The notes under the pieces were generated by a model. That model worked only from the letters and a program-made list of their open reading frames with translations, made no database searches and was not told where the DNA came from. A stretch of 63,682 nucleotides of DNA, counting the filler, from Welwitschia mirabilis (taxonomy: Eukaryota): assembly GCA_051453625.1 (NCBI GenBank). It is 5 parts of one record of this genome, joined end to end, with 100 filler letters (N's around TTAATTAATTAA, not from the genome) between each part and the next. Parts side by side here need not be neighbours in the genome. Positions count along the whole stretch, not along the records: positions 36,037 to 56,170 come from JBOZIK010000001.1; positions 56,271 to 61,425 come from JBOZIK010000001.1; positions 61,526 to 63,682 come from JBOZIK010000001.1; 2 more parts are not named here. One strand, written 5' to 3'. Position numbers and translations under genes: made by a program. Shown here piece by piece: positions 51,430 to 63,682 of the stretch; the first letter of the stretch is position 1, and every line of letters begins with the position of its first letter.

Positions 51430-54400
51430 TCAGGCTCACCAAATAACCTTTTACAACCAATGAGGATTTTATGGGTTATCCTCAACCAAGAACAAATGAT
51501 AGAGAGAAGGATGCACTAATGCCCAGATGTGATCTCTAAGGTACATCAATCTTCTTTTCAAGANNNNNNNNNNNNNNNNNNNNNNNNNNNNNNNNNNNNN
51601 NNNNNNNNNNNNNNNNNNNNNNNNNNNNNNNNNNNNNNNNNNNNNNNNNNNNNNNNNNNNNNNGAGAGAAGGATGCACTAATGCCCAGATGTGATCTCTA
51701 AGGTACATCAATCTTCTTTTCAAGAAAATGTAATAATGCAAGTACAACAGAAATCTGAACTTTTTGGAATGTTCAGATGTTCTAGTAGAAAGTATAACAG
51801 TTCTTATTCATTATTGGATTTGACAAAACAGTATGAGTCCCCTCTAGTGATTAGAGGAAAGCTTTTATACTTAAGATGTAATATATGATCGTTTCCTCAA
51901 AAATAAATGAATTGTTGCGATTTTCTAAGGAGCCATTGTGCTTTTGCTAATGAACCATTATGTTTATAATGGTTACATTTTTTCATCTCATGGTCGATCT
52001 TTCGTTATCTTCTGTTGATTGCAACTGCGGTCGCCCTTATTCTAACATTCAGTTGCCCTTGCTTGTTGCATTTTCTCAGTATAGGATACAATGGAAATTC
52101 AATTTCCTTTGTGAAAATACTCNNNNNNNNNNNNNNNNNNNNNNNNNNNNNNNNNNNNNNNNNNNNNNNNNNNNNNNNNNNNNNNNNNNNNNNNNNNNNN
52201 NNNNNNNNNNNNNNNNNNNNNNNNNNNNNNNNNNNNNNNNNNNNNNNNNNNNNNNNNNNNNNNNNNNNNNNNNNNNNNNNNNNNNNNNNNNNNNNNNNNN
52301 NNNNNNNNNNNNNNNNNNNNNNNNNNNNNNNNNNNNNNNNNNNNNNNNNNNNNNNNNNNNNNNNNNNNNNNTCGGTCGCCCAATCTGATAAATCAGTCGC
52401 CCGGTGCTGGAAGTTACCTGTACAAAAGACTAACTTACAAAAACTCGTTAAATTAATCAATAATAACATGTTCTCAACAAACTCCCCTTTTATCATTGAT
52501 TAAAGAAAAATAATAATTTTGATATCTAAGCTCTCCCCTTAACTCATTTAACTTTAAAAGCGATTATATTTAAATAAGTTTTGTGTATAAAAAAAAAATA
52601 GAAGAAAAATCAGAAGTAATTTTCACAAAAATANNNNNNNNNNNNNNNNNNNNNNNNNNNNNNNNNNNNNNNNNNNNNNNNNNNNNNNNNNNNNNNNNNN
52701 NNNNNNNNNNNNNNNNNNNNNNNNNNNNNNNNNNNNNNNNNNNNNNNNNNNNNNNNNNNNNNNNNNNNNNNNNNNNNNNNNNNNNNNNNNNNNNNNNNNN
52801 NNNNNNNNNNNNNNNNNNNNNNNNNNNNNNNNNNNNNNNNNNNNNNNNNNNNNNNNNNNNNNNNNNNNNNNNNNNNNNNNNNNNNNNNNNNNNNNNNNNN
52901 NNNNNNNNNNNNNNNNNNNNNNNNNNNNTCCTGCCTGGTGAGATGAGAAATGTCGAAGTGATGACAAATCCTAGTTACGAGAAGAGGATAAGGAAGGGTA
53001 CATTATTTATGCGGCTAAAGTTAGTTGATCATATGTTTAAGCATGATTGTAGGGGCATCTAACTCTCTTCACTAGTCCAACGCATACATGAGATAGACTC
53101 GATAGTTTGAAATCTCATCTTTATGTCCAGCAACTGGAAGGAAGTTGTAGGACATGATCAGGTGTAGAAGATGAAATTTTGGAAGAAGTTGAGAAGCTTT
53201 GGCAGTCTTTTTCCATGTAATGTATGTGCCACACACATGGTGAATGGCTATGTCCTTCTCTTCAAGAGACTCTGCCATGGACCAGTACTCTCCCTAGTTT
53301 CCTCATGGAAGGCTAGTAAGGGATGTTATAAGATCTGCAGTGATGCACATTTCTTGGCCAAAAATAAAGGTAATGAAAGTAGATTGAGCTGCATCATACT
53401 TGGCATTCGAGTAGAATAACCTGATAACCAAAGGATAACACGTGCTAGAAANNNNNNNNNNNNNNNNNNNNNNNNNNNNNNNNNNNNNNNNNNNNNNNNN
53501 NNNNNNNNNNNNNNNNNNNNNNNNNNNNNNNNNNNNNNNNNNNNNNNNNNNATCAGGTGTAGAAGATGAAATTTTGGAAGAAGTTGGGAAGCTTTGGCAG
53601 TCTTTTTCCATGTAATGTATGTGCCACACACATGGTGAATGGCTATGTCCTTCTCTTCAAAAGACTCTGCCATGGACCAGTACTCTCCCTAGTTTCCTCA
53701 TGGAAGGCTAGTAAGGGATGTTATAAGGTCTGCAGTGATGCACATTTCTTGGCCAAAAATAAAGGTAATGAAAGTAGATTGAGCTGCATCATACCTGGCA
53801 TTTGAGTAGAATAACCTGGTAATCAAAGGATAACACGTGTCAGAAACATGAAGGAAATAACCCTATTTCACTTCTTTTAATAGAGTCTAGACTTTTTTAA
53901 GGCTGATAAATTACATGAATTCATAAGTTCTTTCTAATGTAATAGGGCTTGTCTCAAAATGCTTCTCATAGTGCCTCAGCTACTCCATGCTCATCTTGAA
54001 GAATACATAACTGGGTGGTTTGACTGCAAATTCCTTTTTTCTCTTCATAGATCCCTTTCCTAGCTAAAAAGAAGCCATTTAAATCCCAAATCTTAGAAAA
54101 AACATGTGAAAAAAGTGGAATAGGACCCTCCAGAAGCTTAGAAAATGACAAAAAGAGGCGTCAAAAGAATAAGACAAGAAAAAGGAGGGAGGATATTAAA
54201 AATCCACGGCACACCACCTTAAATGCGAGCGACCGATTGGAAGGTCAGTCGATCTATGTAAAATTTTAAAAACCTAAATTACAAAGTGGTGATCAACCCA
54301 AAGAATTTAATGGTCGACCCTATAAGAAGAAAATTTTACAAACAAAATCTAAATAAAACTCAGTCGACCTAGAAGAAATGATAGGTCGACCTGATGTGAC

Positions 54401-56170
54401 TAGAAAAATCATCAGAGTGAGGTCAACCAAAGTGAATTATTTGGTCAACCCAGTTTCTACAAGATNNNNNNNNNNNNNNNNNNNNNNNNNNNNNNNNNNN
54501 NNNNNNNNNNNNNNNNNNNNNNNNNNNNNNNNNNNNNNNNNNNNNNNNNNNNNNNNNNNNNNNNNNNNNNNNNNNNNNNNNNNNNNNNNNNNNNNNNNNN
54601 NNNNNNNNNNNNNNNNNNNNNNNNNNNNNNNNNNNNNNNNNNNNNNNNNNNNNNNNNNNNNNNNNNNNNNNNNNNNNNNNNNNNNNNNNNNNNNNNNNNN
54701 NNNNNNNNNNNNNNNNNNNNNNNNNNNNNNNNNNNNNNNNNNNNNNNNNNNNNNNNNNNNNNNNNNNNNNNNNNNNNNNNNNNNNNNNNNNNNNNNNNNN
54801 NNNNNNNNNNNNNNNNNNNNNNNNNNNNNNNNNNNNNNNNNNNNNNNNNNNNNNNNNNNNNNNNNNNNNNNNNNNNNNNNNNNNNNNNNNNNNNNNNNNN
54901 NNNNNNNNNNNNNNNNNNNNNNNNNNNNNNNNNNNNNNNNNNNNNNNNNNNNNNNNNNNNNNNNNNNNNNNNNNNNNNNNNNNNNNNNNNNNNNNNNNNN
55001 NNNNNNNNNNNNNNNNNNNNNNNNNNNNNNNNNNNNNNNNNNNNNNNNNNNNNNNNNNNNNNNNNNNNNNNNNNNNNNNNNNNNNNNNNNNNNNNNNNNN
55101 NNNNNNNNNNNNNNNNNNNNNNNNNNNNNNNNNNNNNNNNNNNNNNNNNNNNNNNNNNNNNNNNNNNNNNNNNNNNNNNNNNNNNNNNNNNNNNNNNNNN
55201 NNNNNNNNNNNNNNNNNNNNNNNNNNNNNNNNNNNNNNNNNNNNNNNNNNNNNNNNNNNNNNNNNNNNNNNNNNNNNNNNNNNNNNNNNNNNNNNNNNNN
55301 NTCAACTGGTCGACCCAACTTAACATATGATCGACCTAGTGAGTGAAAAATCTAATAGTTAAGAAGTCTGAGAAAAAAGTGATAGCCCTAATGGGAAAAA
55401 AGGTCGACTGGAGTTCAAATATATATGAAAAGTAAAGATTTGAACCCCCTTACTGAAACTTATTATTCAGATGAGGCTGGGTGAGGCAAGTCCTTTTCAG
55501 ACTTAATGCCCAGAAAATAGTGCAGGGTTGACAATTGATCTAAAGATAATGGTTTTGTAAAAATATTTGCCAATTGATCTTCTGTGCAAACATATTCTAA
55601 ATATATTATTTTCTTTTCTACTAATCCATGAATAAAGTGGTATCTGATATCGATGTGTTTGATGTGAGTGTATTAAACTAGATTGTGAGCTATTTGAATG
55701 GCATTTGAGTTGTCACAAAGGATTGGTACTTCTGTGATATTCAGCCCATAGTCCTTTAAGGTCTCTTTCATTCATAAGATCTTAATGCAACAAGCTCTAG
55801 CTGCTATGTACTCAGCTTCGATAGTAGAAAGAGATATAGAGCATTGTTTCTTACTATACCAGGCTGTGAGACAATTTCCAAAGAAAAAGCATCCACCACT
55901 TATGCTCTTATAATCATCTTTGCATCCAGCCCAATCCACATCGCTATAACCTGTTAAGCTTAAAGTAGTATCATCTGAAAATCATAAATCAAAATCTAGA
56001 GTATGTTTCACATAGTAAAGTATTCTCTTTATAGCTGTAAGATGTGATTCCTTAGGTTTACTTTGATACTTAGCACATAAACTAACACTAAAGGCTATAT
56101 TCGGACGATTAACCATGAGATATAATAGACTTCTAATAATACTATGATATACTTTTTAATCCACATTCTT
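51430..56170 (-). mobile_element. 3' half of a Sirevirus (Ty1/copia): RT-RNase H end, repeat region, env-like remnant, multi-PPT, 3' LTR
   Basis: Minus-strand RNase H HIKHIDIRYHFIHGLVEKKIIYLEYVCTEDQLANIFTKPL (~55540-55670); GGTCGACC repeats at 54230-55420; decayed ORF at 52930-54150; PPTs ACTCCCCTTT and CTCTCCCCTT; LTR begins TGTTGAGAA at 52479 reading leftwards. Confidence 0.8.
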
Positions 56171-56270
56171 NNNNNNNNNNNNNNNNNNNNNNNNNNNNNN
56201 NNNNNNNNNNNNNNTTAATTAATTAANNNNNNNNNNNNNNNNNNNNNNNNNNNNNNNNNNNNNNNNNNNN
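56171..56270. other. Artificial contig linker N44-TTAATTAATTAA-N44
   Basis: Same 100-nt structure. Confidence 0.95.
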
Positions 56271-57960
56271 CTAATCTTTCACAACTAATAAGGATTTTAT
56301 GGCTTATCCTAAACTAAGAACAAATGAAAGAGAGAAGGATGTCCTACTACATAAATGTGATATCTATGGTACATCAATCTTCTTTTTAAGAAAATGCTAT
56401 GATGTAAGTACAACAGAAATCTGAACCTTATTAGAATGTTCAGATGTGCTAATAGAAGGTATATCAGTGCTTGTTCGATCTTTGATTTGAGAAGAATAGT
56501 ATCCATGTGCTTTGGTGTTTAGAGGAAAGCTTTTATACTTGAGATGTATTATATGACCATTTCCTCAGAGGGAAATGAACAGTTGTGATTTTCTGAAGAC
56601 CCGTTGCACTTTTGCTAGAGAACCGTTGGGTTCAAGATGGTTATATTTTTCTATCATACAATTTAACTTTTGGTATATTCGGCTGACTGCAAATGTGGTT
56701 ACCCTTATTCTTATATTCGGTCACCCTTGCTTGTCACAGATTTTCTTAGTATAGGATATGGTCCAAAAGTGGTCGTCCTTGTGCAAATACGCATTTGCCT
56801 TTAGTTAGGTCGCCCTTATCATTTTATACAATCGGCCAGATATCACCCAGTTCATGTTCTATTGATTATCGGAAGGTCGCTCGTATAGTTATGGTCGGTC
56901 GCCTGTATTGCTATCAGTAAGATTCTTACTGCATGTCATGCGGTTGCCTATATGAATATCTATGGTCACCCGTATTGCTATTAGTGAGATTCTTACTACA
57001 CAATCATCCCTATAAGTATCTGTGGTCGTCCATATTTCTATCAGGTTGGATTTCCCTATGTGTGTTTCGGTTGTCCATATGAATATATTCAGTTACCCAT
57101 ATGAATATGTTATGATGGTGGTCGCTCATGTGTTAACCGGTCTTCTTTATGTTGTCAATGTTCGGTCACCTGATAAATCATGTACGGTCGCCTAGTAAAT
57201 CATGTACAGTTGCTTGCTTCTAAAGCAGTATTATAGTTCTTGAACATGCGATCACCCGATCTTATAAATCAGTCACCCGGTGCTGGAAGTTACTTGTACA
57301 AAAGACTAACTTACAAAAACTTGTTAATTTAATTAATGATAATGGATTCTCAACAAACTATCCCTTTGTCATTGATTGAGGAAAAATAATAATTTAACAT
57401 CTAGGTTCTTCCCCTAACTAGTTTAACTTGGAAAATTATTGAATTTAAACAAGTTTTGTATATATATAAAAATCATTATAAGAAAGTTGCACACACAAAA
57501 CAAAACAAAATTCACTTCTTTGTATTACTCAAACAAGTTTCATTACATTTAAAATTTATAATTTTGACTAACTTGTAATACACATAAGTGACATAGATAT
57601 TACAAGAACTTTTTCTCCCCCTTTTGACAAAATGAAGGATGGAGAGGACACAAAAAAAACTAGAAAGCACACAAAAATTGACATAGGGACTCAATAAGAC
57701 TCTGAGAAAGCAGAAGCCTGAGCTCCCTCACTCTGAGAGGTGTCAGCAACAGAGTCCCACTGGCAATCAGGTTCTCCTTGATGTGATAAGTCCGTGAATC
57801 AATCCGATGAAGAAGGTAAAGAACTTTTGGAGTTTGAGAGGCCTTCACCTTAGGCCTAGAAGGAGCAGTAGGTTCTTCAAAAATGTGCATCCTTGATAAT
57901 GTGCCACGATCTATAGGCTCCATGGACTTCTAGATCTCCTACCTAGAAAGATGAAAAATG
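56271..57960 (-). mobile_element. Second copy of the same Sirevirus family: 3' LTR, multi-PPT and end of the env-like ORF
   Basis: 56271-57460 is collinear with 51440-52580; ..TTCTCAACA is followed by purine tracts on the minus strand (TTCCCCTA, TCTCCCCCTTTTGACA); GGTCGCC/GGTCACC repeats inside the LTR. Confidence 0.75.
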
Positions 57961-58129
57961 TNNNNNNNNNNNNNNNNNNNNNNNNNNNNNNNNNNNNNNN
58001 NNNNNNNNNNNNNNNNNNNNNNNNNNNNNNNNNNNNNNNNNNNNNNNNNNNNNNNNNNNNNNNNNNNNNNNNNNNNNNNNNNNNNNNNNNNNNNNNNNNN
58101 NNNNNNNNNNNNNNNNNNNNNNNNNNNNN

Positions 58130-61100
58130 NNNAGAAATATGTAACCTTAATCTACTGAATTAAACTACAATGCATGAAATTGAAATAATGATGTAAAACT
58201 AATCTATGAAATTAAAATAACGATGCAACTAATCTAATCAAGCTTAACCTTGACAAAGGCTTCTCTCATAATCTATATAATCAAAGAAACCTGTCACGAA
58301 TCTTAAACAATATAAACTATGAGGGATAAGTTCCTGCAANNNNNNNNNNNNNNNNNNNNNNNNNNNNNNNNNNNNNNNNNNNNNNNNNNNNNNNNNNNNN
58401 NNNNNNNNNNNNNNNNNNNNNNNNNNNNNNNNNNNNNNNNNNNNNNNNNNNNNNNNNNNNNNNNNNNNNNNNNNNNNNNNNNNNNNNNNNNNNNNNNNNN
58501 NNNNNNNNNNNNNNNNNNNNNNNNNNNNNNNNNNNNNNNNNNNNNNNNNNNNNNNNNNNNNNNNNNNNNNNNNNNNNNNNNNNNNNNNNNNCCTAGCTGA
58601 CATACAAAATAAAGTTGCAATAAAGAGGCGACAACTCAGGAAAACATTCTGTAAAACTATGGGAAAATAGTGTCATCTCGATTGTCATCCAGATGAAGTA
58701 GGAGATGATGAGGATCGATAATTGGAACTCTGGTTCTACTTCAGTTTATCTAGTTTTTAGACTGCATGTGAACTGTTGTCAACTAGTTTTCAAGATGTCA
58801 TCCATTAGTGACGTCTAGACGATGATGTAGANNNNNNNNNNNNNNNNNNNNNNNNNNNNNNNNNNNNNNNNNNNNNNNNNNNNNNNNNNNNNNNNNNNNN
58901 NNNNNNNNNNNNNNNNNNNNNNNNNNNNNNNTGTCATCTCGATTGTCATCCAGATGAAGTAGGAGATGACGAGGATCGATAATTGGAACTCTGGTTCTAC
59001 TTTAGTATATCTAGTTTTTAGACTGCATGTAAACTGTTGTCAACTAGTTTTCAAGATGTCATCCACTAGTGACGTCTAGACGATGATGTGGATGACTATG
59101 TTTGATAGGAAGATCTTAGTTCAACTGGGAGTTATCTCAAAAGAACTCTATTTATTGCTCAATTAGAGTTATTGTCCTGATGGTTGTGTGGACAAAAGAG
59201 GAGACAACAGTCTTTTTTATATNNNNNNNNNNNNNNNNNNNNNNNNNNNNNNNNNNNNNNNNNNNNNNNNNNNNNNNNNNNNNNNNNNNNNNNNNNNNNN
59301 NNNNNNNNNNNNNNNNNNNNNNNNNNNNNNNNNNNNNNNNNNNNNNNNNNNNNNNNNNNNNNNNNNNNNNNNNNNNNNNNNNNNNNNNNNNNNNNNNNNN
59401 NNNNNNNNNNNNNNNNNNNNNNNNNNNNNNNNNNNNNNNNNNNNNNNNNNNNNNNNNNNNNNNNNNNNNNNNNNNNNNNNNNNNNNNNNNNNNNNNNNNN
59501 NNNNNNNNNNNNNNNNNNNNNNNNNNNNNNNNNNNNNNNNNNNNNNNNNNNNNNNNNNNNNNNNNNNNNNNNNNNNNNNNNNNNNNNNNNNNNNNNNNNN
59601 NNNNNNNATCTGATTTTGTCGTCCGGACGATAGTGGGGATGACAGGCACATTAAGAATCCCTCAAAACTAGAACCTGTGACAGAAATCAAATTTTTTACT
59701 AATTAGTAATCAGCCCAAAAATCATAATAAGCAGCCCCCCACTATGATAAAAAGTCAAATAAAAAGATGAGCATCATATAAAAATCAAAGAATCTGTAAT
59801 CATGTATTCTCATAATCGAAAAAATTTATATTAGAAATATGCAATACTGGAATTATATGTGTATCCTGCCCCCTACNNNNNNNNNNACTAGAATGAAAAG
59901 TACTAAATGCGTAAACTCCGAAGAAAAGAAGAAAATGCGAAAATAACTAGAAAATAGTAGACATGAAAACATAAGAAAAGCAGAGGAGAAATAGATACAA
60001 GGAATAAGAAGAAGAGTGTTCACCTATTCTAAGTACTAATGTAGCAAACGCCAAAGGAAAACATCATAACAATACCTGAGGTAAGATGCATGACAAAATG
60101 TATTAACTTGATAAAGTTCATTTGAAAAGGCAGTGGTTATGGCGATATCCATGGTTTCAAGTGTGTAAAACAATGTAGGTCAAAATCAAAAGGTACTTAG
60201 AAATGGACTCATCTAGTTCTACTTACAAACTCACCAATATCTCTAAAAGTGAAATGATCAAGTGGGAATACTAAAAAGTTGTATTTTTCTTACCATGATG
60301 AGGGGAATGCAACCACTATCAAAGGAGTAAGGACCCATGAAGCATGGCCAACTGACCCCCTAGTGGAGTTCTCGCAGCTACCATATTACACTTCCAAAGA
60401 CTCCTCTCAGAAATATTTGCCCCGGTGTACTTACGATAGGATATCATGCTTTTTACTTCCTTTTTTTTAATTATTTTTTTAACAACATAAAAGATAATTA
60501 CCATAGGATTACATACTTAAGAATACTAATGTAAATAAGTAAAGTAAAAGATAAAAACTAAAACTCTTTAATAACTTAAGATTTATCCACCATTGAAAAA
60601 AAACAACACAAGAAACAAGGTATCTTTCTATAAATACAGTCCATAGACATGGGAATGTCTCAAGATTAGGTGAATCTNNNNNNNNNNNNNNNNNNNNNNN
60701 NNNNNNNNNNNNNNNNNNNNNNNNNNNNNNNNNNNNNNNNNNNNNNNNNNNNNNNNNNNNNNNNNNNNNNNNNNNNNNNNNNNNNNNNNNNNNNNNNNNN
60801 NNNNNNNNNNNNNNNNNNNNNNNNNNNNNNNNNNNNNNNNNNNNNNNNNNNNNNNNNNNNNNNNNNNNNNNNNNNNNNNNNNNNNNNNNNNNNNNNNNNN
60901 NNNNNNNNNNNNNNNNNNNNNNNNNNNNNNNNNNNNNNNNNNNNNNNNNNNNNNNNNNNNNNNNNNNNNNNNNNNNNNNNNNNNNNNNNNNNNNNNNNNN
61001 NNNNNNNNNNNNNNNNNNNNNNNNNNNNNNNNNNNNNNNNNNNNNNNNNNNNNNNNNNNNNNNNNNNNNNNNNNNNNNNNNNNNNNNNNNNNNNNNNNNN

Positions 61101-61425
61101 NNNNAAGCTCTACGTAGAAGTTGGGGATATTCATTTTGATGCTTAACTTCTAGAACAAATACATCTATGGGGTAGAAAGCTTCCTCGATTTGAATGACCA
61201 AGTCCTTTATCACACCTAGGGGTTTCTTGACAAATGAATCAACTAACTCTAAGACAATTTCTATAGGTTCTATTCTCTTTTCCAATCCTAAATGTTTAAA
61301 AATATGCAAGGGCATGATATTAACACTAGTTCCTATATCTATTAAGGCTTTCTTAATTCTTCGATTTTCTTCTAAAATGATACTAACAGTTGCTACCCCT
61401 GGATCTTTAAATTTTGGATACTTCT
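58130..61425 (-). mobile_element. Athila/Tat-like Ty3/gypsy fragments including aspartic protease
   Basis: Minus strand 61105-61425: PKFKDPGVATVSII..KALIDIGTSVNIMPL..LELVDSFVKKPLGVIKDLVIQIEEAFYPIDVFVLE. The remainder is non-coding LTR/UTR-like sequence with gaps, and its boundaries are uncertain. Confidence 0.7.
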
Positions 61426-61525
61426 NNNNNNNNNNNNNNNNNNNNNNNNNNNNNNNNNNNNNNNNNNNNTTAATTAATTAANNNNNNNNNNNNNNNNNNN
61501 NNNNNNNNNNNNNNNNNNNNNNNNN
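61426..61525. other. Artificial contig linker N44-TTAATTAATTAA-N44
   Basis: Same 100-nt structure. Confidence 0.95.
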
Positions 61526-62030
61526 ACATCCCGATTTCTCAGGGCGGACGTCCCAGTATATAACACAGCATGCATGGTCAGACGTCCCAATTATATAGGG
61601 TGGACGTCCCGATCTGGAGAAAGCTTGTTTTCTGACTGAGAATCTTCATCATTGAAAACGTATGGTTCAACAACGTCACCCCCAACTCCTTTGATTGCCC
61701 TTGAATTTTGTCTAGTCGCCCTCGGGAGGTTCAGTCTACTGGTTAAAAATTCAATTGCGTTGGATCTAGTCAACCTCAGAAATTGTCCGATTGCCCTTAG
61801 CTAGGTTACCCTCAGAATTTGTCTAATCGCCCTCACAAGAATTGGTTTGCTTTGACAGAACAAATCTGAATTAAGCCTGGTTGACCTTAGAAAAACTGAG
61901 GTCGCCCTCAGCTAGATCACCCTTAGAATTTGTTCAATCACCCTCTAAGCATTCTGATTCTTTGACACAAAGAGCACAAAGATTCAGGTTGCCCTTAGTA
62001 AATAAGCAACTGACCTACTTGCAACACAAC
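61526..62030. repeat. Repeat-rich LTR/UTR-like retroelement fragment (GACGTCCC and TCGCCCTCAG motifs)
   Basis: GACGTCCC three times at 61548-61612; several TCGCCCTC/TTGCCCTT motifs at 61690-62000. Confidence 0.5.
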
Positions 62031-62689
62031 TTAGAAGAACAACTAAAGAAGTTTTTCATGAAAGACATCAATGGCAAAACTATTTCCAACACTTATCATG
62101 TTCAGTGGGTAAGGCATTATATGTCATGAAGTTAAGGGTGTTATTACCAATGTATGAAAGTGGGTTGGTCCTAAGGGTAGGATGAATAGCAGAATGGGTA
62201 GATGTAGTAGGAGAAATACCCGATGCTACATGGGCCAAAAAAACAAATGGTTTTGATGAAGAGTTTGTGGCTAGGGATGGTAGTAGGGCAGGGAACAGAG
62301 CCTCAAAAGAAGAGTCTTCGAATGAGGTTGAGCTCTTAAAGAATGAAAAGGACCAAAGAGAGTCTTCATTTTCTTTCTTCTGGTACTACTGAGTTCTGGA
62401 ATAGGTGTTGATGAGCCAAACTAGCTATCAAACTTAGGCCCTCCTTCTAGTGCCAAAGACAACATGTTGATGTAACTTCCTTTCTATAGGCGTGAAAAAG
62501 AGAACAACATTCACTTTCTAGGGTGAGGCAACCTAGACTTGCTCTAGAGGCTATGTTAATATGTGAAACCAAATTTATTTATTTTGTAATGTCCCTAATG
62601 TTATGTTTTTATGTTGGTCCCACTTTAATATTACAAAAGGAGGTTTGCAAATGAGCAATTATAGATAAGCGACCGACTAATCAGAGCTG

Positions 62690-63682
62690 AAAACTATGCA
62701 TATGGAAGATTTTGATGGAAGACATCCTTTGGTACAAGGAATGTGATGTTATCCTAAAGACGAAAGCAGATGTGAAGGTAGCATCTAGACTTTCTGATGC
62801 AGAACATTCAAAGAAGTATCCTGACAAAGAGTGGAAGAAACTTGACAAAAGGGTGCTTTCGTTGATACGGTTGTGCCTTGGCAATAAGATTCTTCAATTC
62901 CATAGGAAGAATTCTACAATAGCTAAGCTGTGGCAGATTTGATGCAAAGGTATGATTAGCCTACTAACATGAACCAATTTTATATTGTTAACAAGGTCTT
63001 CAAGATGAAAATGAAAGAAAGTGCACGGTCGCAAGCACACTTGGACGAGATGGATAGCCTATTCACACAGTTAGATGACCTGAGGATGACATTTAAAGAA
63101 AACCTAAGGGTAATCGCAGCTTTCGGTTCCTTGCCTAATTCTTGGGAGACTGTACGCACTACCCTGATGACTGCTTCAGATACTATGTCACGCCTGAATA
63201 CTGTAATTTCAAAGCTTCTGGATGTGTACAAGACTAAGGCTGCTAAGTCTATTGGAGAAATCCTTGTTGTTCGTAGAGGACACTCTCAGACTAGAGGAGA
63301 AAGACATTGGCAAAGTAAGAGCAGAGGAAAATTCGGCAATAGGAGCATTGAATGTTAGCACCCCAAAAAGAAACGCTATTTACAAAAGGACTACTAGAGA
63401 CTAAAAAACAAATGTAAACAAAAGGAAAGAGCTAACCAGCAGAACCAGAAGGGAGGACAAGGGTTGAATGCAGAAGGAGATGTTAACGTCGTGTTGATTG
63501 CAGATGCACAAGAGGCAAATGTTTCCCAATACTCTTGCCTTAATGTTTGGATTCTGGATTCTGGTGCTTCTTTTTATGTCTACCTAGATGTTTCAATGTT
63601 TTCTTTGTATAACAAAGTTTCAGAGAAGTTAGTGTATCTAGAGGATAATCAATGTTGTGAGATCAAAGGAATTGGGTCTCTA
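62690..63682 (+). mobile_element. Ty1/copia gag-protease (Tnt1/Tork-like), continuing beyond the window
   Basis: MEDILWYKE..EWKKLDKRVLSLIRLCL, KMKES..HLDEMDSLFTQL..SLPNSWETV (UBN2-like), decayed knuckle, protease NVWILDSGASF. Confidence 0.85.

Noticed and set aside
5196..61315. Many long ORFs in the track composed mostly of X
   Set aside because: They only span N gaps and carry no coding evidence.
1..63682. tRNA, rRNA or conserved miRNA genes; organellar or bacterial insertions
   Set aside because: None recognised by eye. PBS motifs are only short tRNA complements. tRNAscan-SE/Infernal would be needed to exclude them formally.

Overview
AT-rich, repeat-dominated land-plant nuclear DNA from a gapped draft assembly. 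Four 100-nt linkers (44 N + TTAATTAATTAA + 44 N) split the window into five segments: 1-25069, 25170-35936, 36037-56170, 56271-61425 and 61526-63682. Adjacency across these linkers is not guaranteed. The only host gene with intact exon-intron structure is a WNK (With-No-Lysine) Ser/Thr kinase on the + strand. It has six visible coding exons (14943-18720, 1049 codons before the terminal stop). Its probable first exon lies about 7 kb upstream at 7856, after a CpG-rich promoter. As assembled, the gene carries an in-frame TAG at a normally Gln codon and a 9-bp tandem duplication in the kinase N-lobe, plus a long C-terminal tail with a 63-bp repeat. A decayed, apparently intronless exportin-T (PAUSED/XPOT) copy lies at about 49110-50800, downstream of an L1 LINE. 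The rest is nested, heavily C->T/G->A-eroded transposon debris: Ty1/copia elements (Tnt1/Tork-like, Ale-like, Sirevirus-like), a chromodomain Ty3/gypsy element with ~4 kb LTRs, Athila-like gypsy pieces, two LINEs, hAT remnants and a CpG-rich 300-bp MITE. I found no convincing new multi-gene system. The best leads are the disrupted long-tailed WNK, the exportin-T retrocopy and the CGAGT-repeat MITE. All family assignments come from recalled motifs, not database searches.
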